DNA of 64,000 nt from contig OZ250150.1 in NCBI GenBank assembly GCA_965237675.1, forward strand, positions 1,792,001 to 1,856,000, given 5' to 3'. The position numbers and the translations under genes were made by a program. Below the pieces are notes generated by a model that was given only the letters and a program-made list of their open reading frames with translations, did no database searches and had not been told where the DNA came from. Positions 29,701 through 39,075 of this stretch are shown one piece after another; the first letter of the stretch is position 1; each line of letters begins with the position of its first letter. Origin of the DNA: Candidatus Latescibacterota bacterium (GTDB lineage Bacteria; Latescibacterota; UBA2968; GCA-2709665).

Positions 29701-30083
29701 GGAACCTGCACGTGTTCGAACGGGGTGAGGGAGGGGAATGGGAAAGGCGCTGGGTGAAGCGGCTGGGCGGGCGGGTCACGGGCATCCGGTTTGCCGGGTC
29801 CGAACATCGTGTAATTGCCGCTACGAGTCAGGGATTCCTGCTCTGCTACGATCTGGAAGGGAATTTGGTCTGGCACCGCCTTTTCGAGCGGGGCATCAGT
29901 CACCTGGCGCCGTTCGGAAACGAGACACTCGTGATCGACCACCGTGGAGTACTCAGAGCCGTCCGTCCGTCGGGAGGGGATCGCGAGTTGGGCAGGATGC
30001 CAGCGCCCTGTTCCATTGTGGAGTCCCACGGCGCGGGCGCGTACCTCGTCTGTGCGCATGAAATTTGGCAAATCGAACTCTAG
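26760..30083 (+). CDS. Same family, divergent paralogue 4
   Basis: AGGAGG RBS; YPGPGGY.LRT, RQNH, KPLCD, FDKLSVRTGW...FLLIDG.GGGSHSYDD; propeller repeats. Confidence 0.7.
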   Translation: MAIEHPRTLEPETPLHAAQRVLVAAPRSEHGRAAAERMHRALQDLKAPVELLDDPAGEVLAEAGGPVIVVGNLSDSQCVQELYFRFMCATDLWYPGPGGYELRTLCNPFGTGHNVIQAGYSDAVGARAATEAFHSCLDDPIPHLAALEVTRLPLSPKETRQVRSEPLLPAAWQIANTMQGDLKGYLYYLTGDPQLGGEYRRAWAAVVESGYEKSEKIVQAHLYSLSRLQPWRLVEHMNLFSEAERLAITRFIYGWAESAEGWHHVAHCPRVVSMHVPRQNHELIPALALTYAAAYFRTFFPELPGPEQWEQAARRAYAPYGPSWKPLCDGLCHGWWMSQPVMVEYGLNDPDHGYFEQGGARQAADAAMAVVNNEGWLPSAGDSDLNRQFPGPSLRAAAAWFNDGRYRFVHDLASPDRRLITLTSLPRAFDAGVAPKAPEDCTGVTVVPVDPLLYHAWERDPQGAPGVVTTPPSAPIDRCFDKLSVRTGWGPEKDFLLIDGLGGGSHSYDDAGGILDYARLGLSLIVQEDSFVHSAPEHMSVVTVVRDGESGEIPGFAILEANETDAEGNVYLRIRLEDYAGADWVREVHLRPGSCVVFNDTVIAGEAGDYAVEARFRAPAMLVLDGREARCARQSPSAGEVTFRIESLCEASSLSVVEEAVHLRYKNAEDQELWKERYHTDDVALSTFVARRAARLEAGQGVRMTHVAQVCGPGEAPVHLLETEDEVRLLQGETSWCLDVLSVRPPAAERSAVAGGSERADAFRVFDAGDGIRAMCPLADGSLVVGAANGAVTFLDPEARAVWSAGLDGPVYDIGAAEGEETVLAVGHGASRLTGLDTRGRRVWQTDIDREPCPWPWWELPTPAPVQVAGGVNEGSAFFAVGCGDIQIRCFDGAGGELWRQRYNEGVPGRIRVADVDGCGEPEIVAGGEVLSDTSKCRVLDPHGNFLAHLDVEGWTSILTALAFDKTDGRHFIGCGANRGRNLHVFERGEGGEWERRWVKRLGGRVTGIRFAGSEHRVIAATSQGFLLCYDLEGNLVWHRLFERGISHLAPFGNETLVIDHRGVLRAVRPSGGDRELGRMPAPCSIVESHGAGAYLVCAHEIWQIEL

Positions 30084-30100
30084 CCCCCTTCTCAGCGGGT

Positions 30101-30140
30101 GGCCGGGTCGGGGCGGTCGATGAACCGCTCCGACCCGGCC
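30101..30140. other. Strong intergenic stem-loop (17-bp stem)
   Basis: ggccgggtcggggcggt-cgatga-accgctccgacccggcc; no U-tract, so more likely an mRNA stabiliser or Rho-type pause site. Confidence 0.55.
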
Positions 30141-30211
30141 GTGGAAAAATTCGGTCCGGGATTACCGAGACGTTCACCAGAACAGCTTCCAGGAATTTCA
30201 AGGAGGGATCC

Positions 30212-31072
30212 ATGGACGCCTATGAGCAATATCACTTCGACGTAAACGGTTATATTGTCGTGGAGGATATACTGACGCCCGGAGAGGTGGCGGCGCTGAA
30301 TGAGGCGATCGATCACAACCCGGACCACGTCCATATCCGGGCGGGAGAGGCATTGCTGTCCGGTGCGGCCAAACAGCACGGGGGCAAGGCCGCGCCGTTG
30401 TTGAAGGGCACACACGGCCGCGGGGATATCATGGACGTTCTGACCTGGCCCAAGCCCTGGTGCCAGCCCTTCCGTGACCTGTTGACCCATCCCCGGACGA
30501 TGCGATACATGCTGGAGTTGATCGGCGACGGGTTTCGGTACGGAAATGCGAACGGGATCAGCATGACGGCCGGCGCCGAGGGTTTTCTGTTTCACGGCGG
30601 CGGGACACCGAGGGGTCCGTATTATTTCGAATTTCAGGACGGGCGGATGTGGAACGGGCTGATGGCGGTCTGTTACCAGTTGACGGATATCGGTCCGGGC
30701 GACGGTGGATTCGCGTGCATTCCCGGCAGCCACAGGGCGAACTACCCGTGTCCGGCGGATGTTCGCCGCCTGGATATCCACGGGGAGTGGTTCAGACATC
30801 TTCCGATGAAGGCCGGCTCGGCGTTGATTTTCACCGAGTCGCTCACCCACGGCACGTTCCCCTGGACGGCGTCCCACGAGCGCAGAACGTTGCTGTACCG
30901 ATACGGGGCGGGGGATATGGTCTTCGGATCCGGGCCCAGCATCCACCCGGCGGGCTACGAATCGTTCAAGGACGAGTTGACGCCTTTGCAGCGCGCTGTG
31001 ATGGAGCCGCCCTACGCCAGCCGGCGGCCCAGCCTCGTGCCGCTAATGGAAGAAGAGGAAAAACGCCGGTAA
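30212..31072 (+). CDS. PhyH-like Fe(II)/2-oxoglutarate oxygenase with HxG motif
   Basis: AAGGAGG RBS; FDVNGY, GGFACIPGSH, AGSALIF..L.HG, ERR; first ligand motif is HGG. Confidence 0.85.
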   Translation: MDAYEQYHFDVNGYIVVEDILTPGEVAALNEAIDHNPDHVHIRAGEALLSGAAKQHGGKAAPLLKGTHGRGDIMDVLTWPKPWCQPFRDLLTHPRTMRYMLELIGDGFRYGNANGISMTAGAEGFLFHGGGTPRGPYYFEFQDGRMWNGLMAVCYQLTDIGPGDGGFACIPGSHRANYPCPADVRRLDIHGEWFRHLPMKAGSALIFTESLTHGTFPWTASHERRTLLYRYGAGDMVFGSGPSIHPAGYESFKDELTPLQRAVMEPPYASRRPSLVPLMEEEEKRR

Positions 31073-31127
31073 GGCGCGCCCGCCGGAGAGGCCTGAGGTG
31101 CCCATCCGATAATTCGGAGAGGTCCGT

Positions 31128-33482
31128 ATGCTCTATTTAATCGATTCGGACGCCAGTTTTCTGGAAATGGTCATTATGGCATTACCCCTCGTCCTGCCCT
31201 GCCTGGGCGCGGTGTTCTACCTCGCGCCGGTTGGCGACGACAGGGCGTCGGGCGGGCGCGCGTCTCCCTGGAAGAGCGTAGCGCGGGCGAACGCCGGTTT
31301 GAGACCGGGCGATACCCTGGTCTTTCGGCCGGGTGCGTACGAGGGCACCATTTCGCCGGAGCACGGAGGAGAACCGGATGCTCCCATCTGCTGCCGGTCT
31401 GACGTCAGGCACGGGGCCGTGCTCGTTGGCGGGGGCGAAAACCGGCTGGCGGTGGATCTTCACGAGAAGCACAATATCCGAATCGAGGACTTCCGGATTG
31501 CGCCCGGGGACGGGCGCTGGCTGCGCGCCGACGGCTGCCACCGCCTTCTCGTTCAGGGATGTTATATGGAGAAGTCGGGCCCTTCGACGCCGCTGGTGCT
31601 GACCGGGTGCGAGCATGTCCGGCTCATCGACAACGTGTTCCGCAAGGACCGCGTTGGTGGCAATATGTGCCAGGTGGTCGAGTGCACGTACGTGGTCATC
31701 GAGGGAAACGCGTTTGCGCGCGTGGGGCACTGCCCGCTGCAGATTTCGATGACAAATAACTTCGTGGTACGGTCGAATTGCTTCCACAACCCGTGGGGGC
31801 GCAACTACGAGTTCTGGGCTTCGGGCAGGGCGCTGGTCGAGGGCAATATCGTTACCGAGGCGCGCGACAGCGCGCATTCGGCCGACAGCCGGGCGAAGAA
31901 TCTGCTGATTGACAGTATCATCCGCTTCAACCGGGTGTTTCGCAACCGGCATACGCCGCTCAACTCATCGAGTTACGTGCCGGTGAATTACCAGGTGCGC
32001 GATCCCTTCCGCTTCGTCAATTCCAGGGTGTACCACAATACAATTGCGGACAACCTCGGGTACGGGTGGGAACTGACCGGGGTCAACGTGAGTTCCAACG
32101 TGTTCGTCAACAACATCTTCTATCGGAACGACAGGTGCGGGGGCAATGTCCAGATTGTGAGGGGAGCGGGAATTGCGGGCGACAACCTGTTTTTGAACAA
32201 TGTATTCCGGGGCACGGAGGCCGGGCAGAGGGTGGTGCGGCACGGAGATCGGTTCTGGACGGTTGATGAGGCCAACGAGAATGCGGTGGTCCGCGGACAC
32301 TGGCTGGAATTCGAGGATAACATAGACGTGGACCCCGGCTTTGTGAATTCCGAAAACCAAGATTTTCGCCTGCATGCGAACAGTCCGTGCATTGATGCCG
32401 GACGTGCGCTGACGCGGACGAGGCTGGGCGGAAGGGGCCGGGAACTCCCGGTTGACGACGGCAGATACTTCTACGATGGGTTTGGGATCAGCGGCGAAAC
32501 GGGAGACCGCGTAGCCATCGGGACGGGAGATCGGATTGCCCGTATCGAGAAAGTCCTGCTCAACTATTATCAGCCGGACCTGCTCGTTCTGGACCGGGAG
32601 ATGGAATGGGAGGCCGGTGATCCCGTGAGCCTGCCCTGGTCCGGGGAGGCGCCCGATATCGGCGCATACGAACATGGGCTCCGGGGTTCCAGGCGAGTGA
32701 TCGCAAAGGCCGAGCCGGCCGACGCCCAACCCGGGGAGAAAGTGAGTTTTCGTGTTGAACCTACGGGCACGGACGCCGCGTCTGTCGAGTGGGATTTCGG
32801 CGATGGGAAGAGTCAGGAGCCACGCGAAGCGGTACACGTTTACCCGGAATGCGGACACTACACCGCCCGGGTCCGGGTGCGGTATGAGGACGGCGATGAG
32901 GGCGTGGACGTGGCATTTGTGAAGGTGGAGCTGCCGGTGGATCCCGGCGCGCCGATGCTTGCGGTCGATTTTGAAGAAGATACGACACTCGATTGGGGGT
33001 ACCTGTTCAAGATCTACAGGGGAAACCGACTGACAGGGCACGGGTTCGTTAACCGTGGATCCGGCGGTGGCAGGTGCGTTCGGCTATTCGCGGAGGAAGA
33101 CGGGTCCGACCTGGGCTGTAGTCTCGCTCCCGGGGAATGGGATATCGACACGTACCCGTTCATCCGGTTTGCCTACAGGATCCCGGAGGGCGTGCCGGTG
33201 GGGCTGTGGCTTCAGGCATTTCCCGCGGAAGCGTACGGTGAGGGGATAGTGATTGTGGGGGGTACGCCGTCGCGCAATTGCGGACCCTACCCCGACACGG
33301 ACACCTGCAAATTGCTGGACGACGGCCAGTGGCACGATGCAAAACTTGATGCGCGGACGATACGGGAACAACTCAGGGACGTCCGTTATCTGCGCCGGTT
33401 CCGGTTCTACACACACCGGAATGCGAAAGAAGGACAGCATTTCTGGTTCGACGAGTTTGCGATTTTACCGGTTGAAGGCTAG
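31128..33482 (+). CDS. Right-handed beta-helix protein with PKD domain (polysaccharide lyase/hydrolase-like)
   Basis: FYLAP.GDD..G....PWKS (DUF1565-like), PGDT....G.Y, Asn-ladder repeats, DP.FV...DFRL...SPCIDAG, PDIGAYE, WDFGDG; start may be 31168 or 31177. Confidence 0.8.
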   Translation: MLYLIDSDASFLEMVIMALPLVLPCLGAVFYLAPVGDDRASGGRASPWKSVARANAGLRPGDTLVFRPGAYEGTISPEHGGEPDAPICCRSDVRHGAVLVGGGENRLAVDLHEKHNIRIEDFRIAPGDGRWLRADGCHRLLVQGCYMEKSGPSTPLVLTGCEHVRLIDNVFRKDRVGGNMCQVVECTYVVIEGNAFARVGHCPLQISMTNNFVVRSNCFHNPWGRNYEFWASGRALVEGNIVTEARDSAHSADSRAKNLLIDSIIRFNRVFRNRHTPLNSSSYVPVNYQVRDPFRFVNSRVYHNTIADNLGYGWELTGVNVSSNVFVNNIFYRNDRCGGNVQIVRGAGIAGDNLFLNNVFRGTEAGQRVVRHGDRFWTVDEANENAVVRGHWLEFEDNIDVDPGFVNSENQDFRLHANSPCIDAGRALTRTRLGGRGRELPVDDGRYFYDGFGISGETGDRVAIGTGDRIARIEKVLLNYYQPDLLVLDREMEWEAGDPVSLPWSGEAPDIGAYEHGLRGSRRVIAKAEPADAQPGEKVSFRVEPTGTDAASVEWDFGDGKSQEPREAVHVYPECGHYTARVRVRYEDGDEGVDVAFVKVELPVDPGAPMLAVDFEEDTTLDWGYLFKIYRGNRLTGHGFVNRGSGGGRCVRLFAEEDGSDLGCSLAPGEWDIDTYPFIRFAYRIPEGVPVGLWLQAFPAEAYGEGIVIVGGTPSRNCGPYPDTDTCKLLDDGQWHDAKLDARTIREQLRDVRYLRRFRFYTHRNAKEGQHFWFDEFAILPVEG

Positions 33483-33681
33483 TGTCCCGTCCCAGAAATA
33501 TGTTACCATCCATCCGCCGATTCATCCCGTCTCGCTGCGCCCGTTCTGGTCTCGTCTCTTCACGGCGCTGATGTCAACTGATTGGGTTTTTGGTTCAAGC
33601 TGACGGCTGAGAGCTGATAGCTGTTTTTGCTGCTTCTGATCGGCCGGATTTCGGCAATCTATTTCCGGGACAGAACACTCG
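33479..33681. mobile_element. MITE-like element at CTAG/stop codon (copy 1)
   Basis: TIRs ctagtgtcccgtcccagaaata / tatttccgggacagaacactcg; shares ccgccgattcatcccgtctcgctgcg with copy 2. Confidence 0.75.
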
Positions 33682-33714
33682 GACCCCGCAGTAAAACAAG
33701 GAATAATTGAGGAC

Positions 33715-35700
33715 ATGGAAACAAGCGGGGTGAAATTCCTTCCGAAGAAACAGCGATCGAAATCGAGGGAGGGGATCACCCTCAGGTCGGTGTGCATCGG
33801 CGTGCTGGCCGTGGTGGCGATCAACCTGTGGGTGACCTATGCGGAAACGGTCGTACACTCGTCCAGGCTCAACCTGAGTTTTTTTCAGCTGACGCTGCTG
33901 AGCATTTTCATCGCCCTTGTGGGCGGAGTGAACCCGCTGCTCAGGCGGATCCGTCGTGATGCCGTCCTGTCGCCTTCCGAGTTGTTGACGGTGGCGGCAA
34001 TCGGGATGGTTGGCTCGGTCGTGCCCACGTCGGGAATCACCGGGTTCCTGGTGGGGGTGATCGGAAGCCCGATCTATTTCGCAACTCCGGAAAACGGGTG
34101 GGCGGAATTCTATCATCCGCATCTCAAATCGTGGATGGTGCCGATGGACAGCGGCGCCCTGCGGGCTTTCTTCGAGGGTGGCGCGGTAGGCGTACAGCCC
34201 TGGAAGACGTGGCTGGCCCCACTGGCCTGGTGGGGCAGCCTGGTGGCCGCCCTCCTCGTGGGCTCTGCGTGCACGATGGTCATTCTGCGGAGGCAATGGG
34301 CCGAGAACGAAAAACTGGTCTATCCCCTTGCGGCGGTTCCGATCGAAATGGCGGAGGGCGCGTCGTCCGAAAGCGCGCTGCCGGATTTCATGAGAGGCCG
34401 GCTCTTCTGGTTCGGAGCGGCCCTCGCGTTCGGGCTGTTCGCCTGGCACGCGACGTCCTGGTTTTTTCACGGGATGCCGGGGATTCGTTTCTTTCCGCAC
34501 GCGGGTTACTTCCGCTTCACGCGCTACTCCCCGGGCGTCTATATCCAGCCCCTGCAGTTCTACACCATCGGCTTCGCGTATTTCGCCAACCTGCAGGTGC
34601 TGTTCAGCATCTGGTTCTTTTTCCTTGTGCACGTGGTGGAGGGCGGAATCTTCAACCGCCTGGGGTATCAGATCGAACGGTCCACCGATACGTTCAGTGC
34701 GGATCCCCCCACCGAGGCATGGCAGTGTTTCGGCGCGCTGGCGTGCCTGGTCGGGTGGCGGCTGTGGGTAGCCCGCGCGCACCTTCGGGACGTTTTCCTC
34801 AAGGCCATTCGCCCGGACCATCCGGTGGACGACGGCCGGGAAGTCCTTTCGTACCGCACGTCGGTATTGGGCCTCTTGTTGAGCGCGCTGTACGGGTTGT
34901 TCTGGCTCTATCAATCCGGCATGGACGTGATCTCGGCGGCGATGTTCCTGTTTGCCCTTGGCGTTATCTATATCGGTCTGGCGCGTGTCGTTTCAGAGGC
35001 AGGGGTGGCCTATGCCCAGGGCACGGTGACGCCGCAGGCCTTCGTGATGGACCTGCGCGGCACCTATGGGTTATCCGGCGCCTGCCTCACATCCATCGCG
35101 CTTTCCTACGCGCTGATAGACTATATGCGCGGACTCTTCACGCCGGGTCTGGCGCAGGCGGTGCGCCTGGCGGACCGCATCCGGGGCAACCGGCGCCTCC
35201 TGCTGTTCTGCGTGACCGTGGGGGTGTTCGCCGGGCTCGTCACATCGGTCTGGTTCACCCTTCACCTGGGCCATACGCACGGCGCGTACAACTTCTCGCG
35301 CCTGTTTTTCAACGGGAATCCCAAGGCGGTCTTCTCCACCACGTTGGGACAGATGCGCACGCCGGGAGCGCCCGAGTTGAGCCGGGTATTGTTCTTCGGG
35401 ATCGGCGCCGGCCTGATGGGGGCGCTCACGTTCCTGCGGTATCGTTTTTCCTGGTGGCCGATCCATCCCATCGGGCTGGCGGTTGCCGCCGCGGACAACG
35501 TGTACAGCCTGGCGATGCCGGTTTTCATGGCGTGGGCCGCGAAGGCGGTTGTCATGCGCGTTGGCGGGGTCGCCCTCTACCGCCGATCCAAGCCGCTGTT
35601 CCTGGGCCTGCTGGTGGGATACACGGCGGGCGTCGTGCTGGCCTTTACGGTCGACGCTGTCTGGTTTCCCGGTCAGGGACACCAGGTGCACTGGTGGTAA
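33715..35700 (+). CDS. DUF6785/DUF6784-like multi-TM membrane protein (putative transporter) A
   Basis: ~660 aa, many TM helices; YFATPEN.W, LRRQW...E.L.YPL, WWPxHPxG, C-terminal GxGHxVH. Confidence 0.7.
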   Translation: METSGVKFLPKKQRSKSREGITLRSVCIGVLAVVAINLWVTYAETVVHSSRLNLSFFQLTLLSIFIALVGGVNPLLRRIRRDAVLSPSELLTVAAIGMVGSVVPTSGITGFLVGVIGSPIYFATPENGWAEFYHPHLKSWMVPMDSGALRAFFEGGAVGVQPWKTWLAPLAWWGSLVAALLVGSACTMVILRRQWAENEKLVYPLAAVPIEMAEGASSESALPDFMRGRLFWFGAALAFGLFAWHATSWFFHGMPGIRFFPHAGYFRFTRYSPGVYIQPLQFYTIGFAYFANLQVLFSIWFFFLVHVVEGGIFNRLGYQIERSTDTFSADPPTEAWQCFGALACLVGWRLWVARAHLRDVFLKAIRPDHPVDDGREVLSYRTSVLGLLLSALYGLFWLYQSGMDVISAAMFLFALGVIYIGLARVVSEAGVAYAQGTVTPQAFVMDLRGTYGLSGACLTSIALSYALIDYMRGLFTPGLAQAVRLADRIRGNRRLLLFCVTVGVFAGLVTSVWFTLHLGHTHGAYNFSRLFFNGNPKAVFSTTLGQMRTPGAPELSRVLFFGIGAGLMGALTFLRYRFSWWPIHPIGLAVAAADNVYSLAMPVFMAWAAKAVVMRVGGVALYRRSKPLFLGLLVGYTAGVVLAFTVDAVWFPGQGHQVHWW

Positions 35701-35822
35701 GCGCGAATCGTCTTTCCATCCTGGTTCATACCGCCAGGCGAAACCCGGATGTATGGGTCCCCCGGTAAAGGCTCCAACCTTCCTCGAAATAACCTGCCAC
35801 GACAGCATCCGATACGACATCT

Positions 35823-37793
35823 ATGGAATCCAAGTTCGTAAATGCTGCGGAACCACTGATTCGAAACCCCGAAAAGTCGCGACACGGGGTCACTCCGAGG
35901 TCTGTGGGCATCGGCCTGCTGATCGTGGTATTCGTCAATTTCTGGATCCTCTACTCTCTGTACCTCATCCGGGCTTCGTGGCTGCAGGTAACCCATTTCC
36001 CCATGGGGCTGTTCGTGCCCCTGATGCTGCTCGCGCTGCTTGTGAATCCCGCGCTCAGGGCGATCCGGCAAGGCAGGGGCCTGTCCCGGTCCGAGATTCT
36101 GGTGGTGGCCGCCATGGGGTTGACGGGCGCGGTGGTGCCCGGGTTCAGCCTGATGACGACCCTGCTGGGCACGATCTCGGTTCCGTATTACCTGGCGACG
36201 CCCGAAAACCAGTGGGGCGCCTTTTTTCATCTGCACATGCCGGACTGGATCGCACCGTCGAACCGCGGCGGCACGATGCGGATGCTGTTCGAAGGCCTCC
36301 CGTCCAGGGACGCGCCGATTCCCTGGGGCGCGTGGGCGGGGCCGTTGAGCTGGTGGATGGCCCTGGTAGGGGCCCTTGCCTTCGCTTCGATGTGCCTGAT
36401 GGTGATCCTTCGGCGCCAGTGGGTCGAGTACGAACGCCTGGTGTACCCGCTTGCCCAGGTGGTTGCGGACATGGCCGGAGACGCGCGGGACGGGGGTTCG
36501 TTTCCCGGGTTCATGCGGACACGGGCGTTCAAATTCGGTTTCGGCGCGGCCACGCTGGTGATGACGTGGAATATGATGTCGCATTTTGCGCCGGGGTTTC
36601 CGGAGATACCTCTCGGCATCCCGTCGCGCTGGACCACGTTTTTCAAGGGATTTCCTGCGCTCCATACGACGATCAATTTTTACACGATCGGGTTTGCGTA
36701 TCTGGCGAATCTGGACGTGCTCTTCAGTATCTGGTTTTTTCACTTTATGGCCATGTGGGAGGTCTTTATTTTAGGGAGGCTGGGCGTTGGCGGGATCTCC
36801 GGACGGGCAGCCGTATCGTGGCAGAGCTTCGGCGCGTTGTGCGCCCTGGTGGGTTGGGGGCTGTGGACCGCCCGGAAGCACCTCCGGCAGGTCATCAGGG
36901 AGGCGCTGCATCCGTCCCGACAGGATGCAGAGGAGATCCTGTCCTACCGCACGGCCGCTGCCGGCGTGGTGTTGAGTCTGATCTTTATCGTTGCATGGTT
37001 TCATAGTTCGGGCATGGGCCTGCTTCTTTCAGCAGTGCTCGTGCTCCTCTTTTTTGTGACCTACGTAGGTGTGGCGCGGGTGGTGGCGCAGTCGGGTCTG
37101 CTGTACGTCAGTTCCCCGATGTTTCCGCAAAGCGCGATTCTGAACGCCGTCGGTCCCGCGGAAATCCCTGGGCAGCAGATGACGGCCCTGGCCTTTTCGT
37201 TCGCCCTGCGCAACGACGGCCGTGGGCTCTTTATGCCCTCAATGGCGCATGTCGTGAAAATCGGTGACCTGATCGGAGGGGACCGGCGCCGGCTCGGCCT
37301 GGCCGTGGCGCTGGGCCTGGTCGGGGCGGTGGCGACGTCTGTCGGCCTGACCCTCTACTGGGGGTATACGATCGGCGCGTATAATTTCGGGAGTATCGCG
37401 CTGCTGCGGCGAACGGCGCCCACGTTCAATTCATTCGTGGGCATGATGTCCAGCCCGGACCCGGTGAAATCCGAGGTATTCGGATATTTCGGGGCTGGCT
37501 TTGCCGCGATGCTTCTGCTTACTTTCCTGCGATACCGCGTGCCGTGGTGGCCGTTGCATCCACTCGGGCTGGCGGTTACATGGTCGGGAATGACGGTGCA
37601 TTCCGTGCTCTCGGTGTTTCTTGCCTGGGCGGTCAAGGGGATTGTGCTGAAGGCAGGCGGCGTCTTTCTCTACCGGCGTTCGATACCGTTTTTCCTGGGA
37701 TTGATGATTGGTTATGCGTTGAACGTCGGTGTTTCGTTCCTGCTGGACGTCACCTATTTCGGCGGAGAGGGGCACGGAGTACATGCATATTGA
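35823..37793 (+). CDS. DUF6785/DUF6784-like membrane protein B
   Basis: Colinear paralogue of 33715-35700 with the same motifs. Confidence 0.7.
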   Translation: MESKFVNAAEPLIRNPEKSRHGVTPRSVGIGLLIVVFVNFWILYSLYLIRASWLQVTHFPMGLFVPLMLLALLVNPALRAIRQGRGLSRSEILVVAAMGLTGAVVPGFSLMTTLLGTISVPYYLATPENQWGAFFHLHMPDWIAPSNRGGTMRMLFEGLPSRDAPIPWGAWAGPLSWWMALVGALAFASMCLMVILRRQWVEYERLVYPLAQVVADMAGDARDGGSFPGFMRTRAFKFGFGAATLVMTWNMMSHFAPGFPEIPLGIPSRWTTFFKGFPALHTTINFYTIGFAYLANLDVLFSIWFFHFMAMWEVFILGRLGVGGISGRAAVSWQSFGALCALVGWGLWTARKHLRQVIREALHPSRQDAEEILSYRTAAAGVVLSLIFIVAWFHSSGMGLLLSAVLVLLFFVTYVGVARVVAQSGLLYVSSPMFPQSAILNAVGPAEIPGQQMTALAFSFALRNDGRGLFMPSMAHVVKIGDLIGGDRRRLGLAVALGLVGAVATSVGLTLYWGYTIGAYNFGSIALLRRTAPTFNSFVGMMSSPDPVKSEVFGYFGAGFAAMLLLTFLRYRVPWWPLHPLGLAVTWSGMTVHSVLSVFLAWAVKGIVLKAGGVFLYRRSIPFFLGLMIGYALNVGVSFLLDVTYFGGEGHGVHAY

Positions 37794-37812
37794 AAGGCGG
37801 GCGAAGCGTAAA

Positions 37813-39066
37813 ATGCAAATGGGTCCCGTGATTTCCGCGGTTCTGTTATTCGGCTTTCTTCTAACCGCGTGTGACGGAACCGATGACGGATCTTCCGGTG
37901 ATACGGTGAAGCTGAGAATCGCCTGGATGGGGCCGGAACGGGAAGCGTTCCGGGCGTGGAAAAAGGACTTTGAAGGGGAACATCCCGATGTGGAGATCGA
38001 GCAGCGGTTTATCCCGTACGATCAGGGGCCAACCGTCTATAATACCATGATTCAGGGTGAAAATCTGCCGGATCTGGGATATCTGTTTATGGGGATGATT
38101 TCGGAGTATGCGGAGCGGGGGGTGCTGGAGCCGCTGGACGGATTTATGACGGCTGCCGAACGGGACGAGTGGATTGCCGCGGCGCTGAGCGCGGGCAATT
38201 ACAGGGGAAAGACCTACGGCGTGCCGTTGTGGGGGGCAAACCGGGTTCTGTATGTGCGCAGGGATTGGATGGACAAGGAAGGGATGACCGGCCAGCCGGA
38301 TACGTGGCAGGCGGTCCGGGAACTGGCAATAAAGCTGAACAAGCCGCCCGAGCGCTACGGGATCTGTGTGGGCGCGGGCCGGCCGAAACACCTGATGCAG
38401 GAACAGATCGCGATGATGTGGGGCTTCGGAGCCGATTTTTTCGACCGGGACGGAAAGCTGGCGATTAACAGCCCCGAGGCGGTGGCGTACGTGAAGTTTC
38501 TCACGGACATGCACCTCGTGGACAGGGCCATGCCGCCGGGCATCCTGAATCTGAACGCGGATGACTGTTATGCGGTGATGGACGCAGGCAAGGCAGGGCT
38601 GACGTTCAGCGGGCCGTGGCAGTACAAGCGGTGTCAGGATGCCGGGATTGCGTGCGAGCCGCTGGCGATGCCGGCGGGCAGGGACCGGAAGATGCTGTTG
38701 ATTCTGGATGTCTTCTCCGTGTTTTCCACGTCGAAGCAAAAGGATCTGGCGTATGAGTTCATCCGCTTTACGCAGCGGCCGGAGAATCGGGCGCTGATGG
38801 ACGTGGAGAACGGGGGCGTGCCGGTGACCAGGACCGTGTCGGAGCACGCCTATTACAGGACGGTACCGATCCGGAACTACCTGGCGCAGGTGGACCTGAT
38901 CAAGCTGACGCCGCAGCACCCGGAATGGACGAAGATCCAGGACGGATGGGGGGAGGCGATTCAGATGGTGCTGGCGGGTACGGCGTCTCCCCGGGAGGCG
39001 CTTGATACGGTTTATGCACGTCTGATGAGAGAACTGGAAGATCCAACGCTTCCCCGCAGCGAGTGA
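37813..39066 (+). CDS. Sugar ABC transporter substrate-binding lipoprotein
   Basis: Lipobox LLTAC; family-1 SBP motifs LPDL, LEPLD, GKTYGVP, PDTW. Confidence 0.88.
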   Translation: MQMGPVISAVLLFGFLLTACDGTDDGSSGDTVKLRIAWMGPEREAFRAWKKDFEGEHPDVEIEQRFIPYDQGPTVYNTMIQGENLPDLGYLFMGMISEYAERGVLEPLDGFMTAAERDEWIAAALSAGNYRGKTYGVPLWGANRVLYVRRDWMDKEGMTGQPDTWQAVRELAIKLNKPPERYGICVGAGRPKHLMQEQIAMMWGFGADFFDRDGKLAINSPEAVAYVKFLTDMHLVDRAMPPGILNLNADDCYAVMDAGKAGLTFSGPWQYKRCQDAGIACEPLAMPAGRDRKMLLILDVFSVFSTSKQKDLAYEFIRFTQRPENRALMDVENGGVPVTRTVSEHAYYRTVPIRNYLAQVDLIKLTPQHPEWTKIQDGWGEAIQMVLAGTASPREALDTVYARLMRELEDPTLPRSE

Positions 39067-39075
39067 GGAGGCTGC

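Noticed and set aside
16695-29999. Long antisense ORFs (e.g. 16695-18368, 20637-23165, 26733-28526)
   Set aside because: Shadow frames of high-GC genes; no recognisable motifs or RBS.
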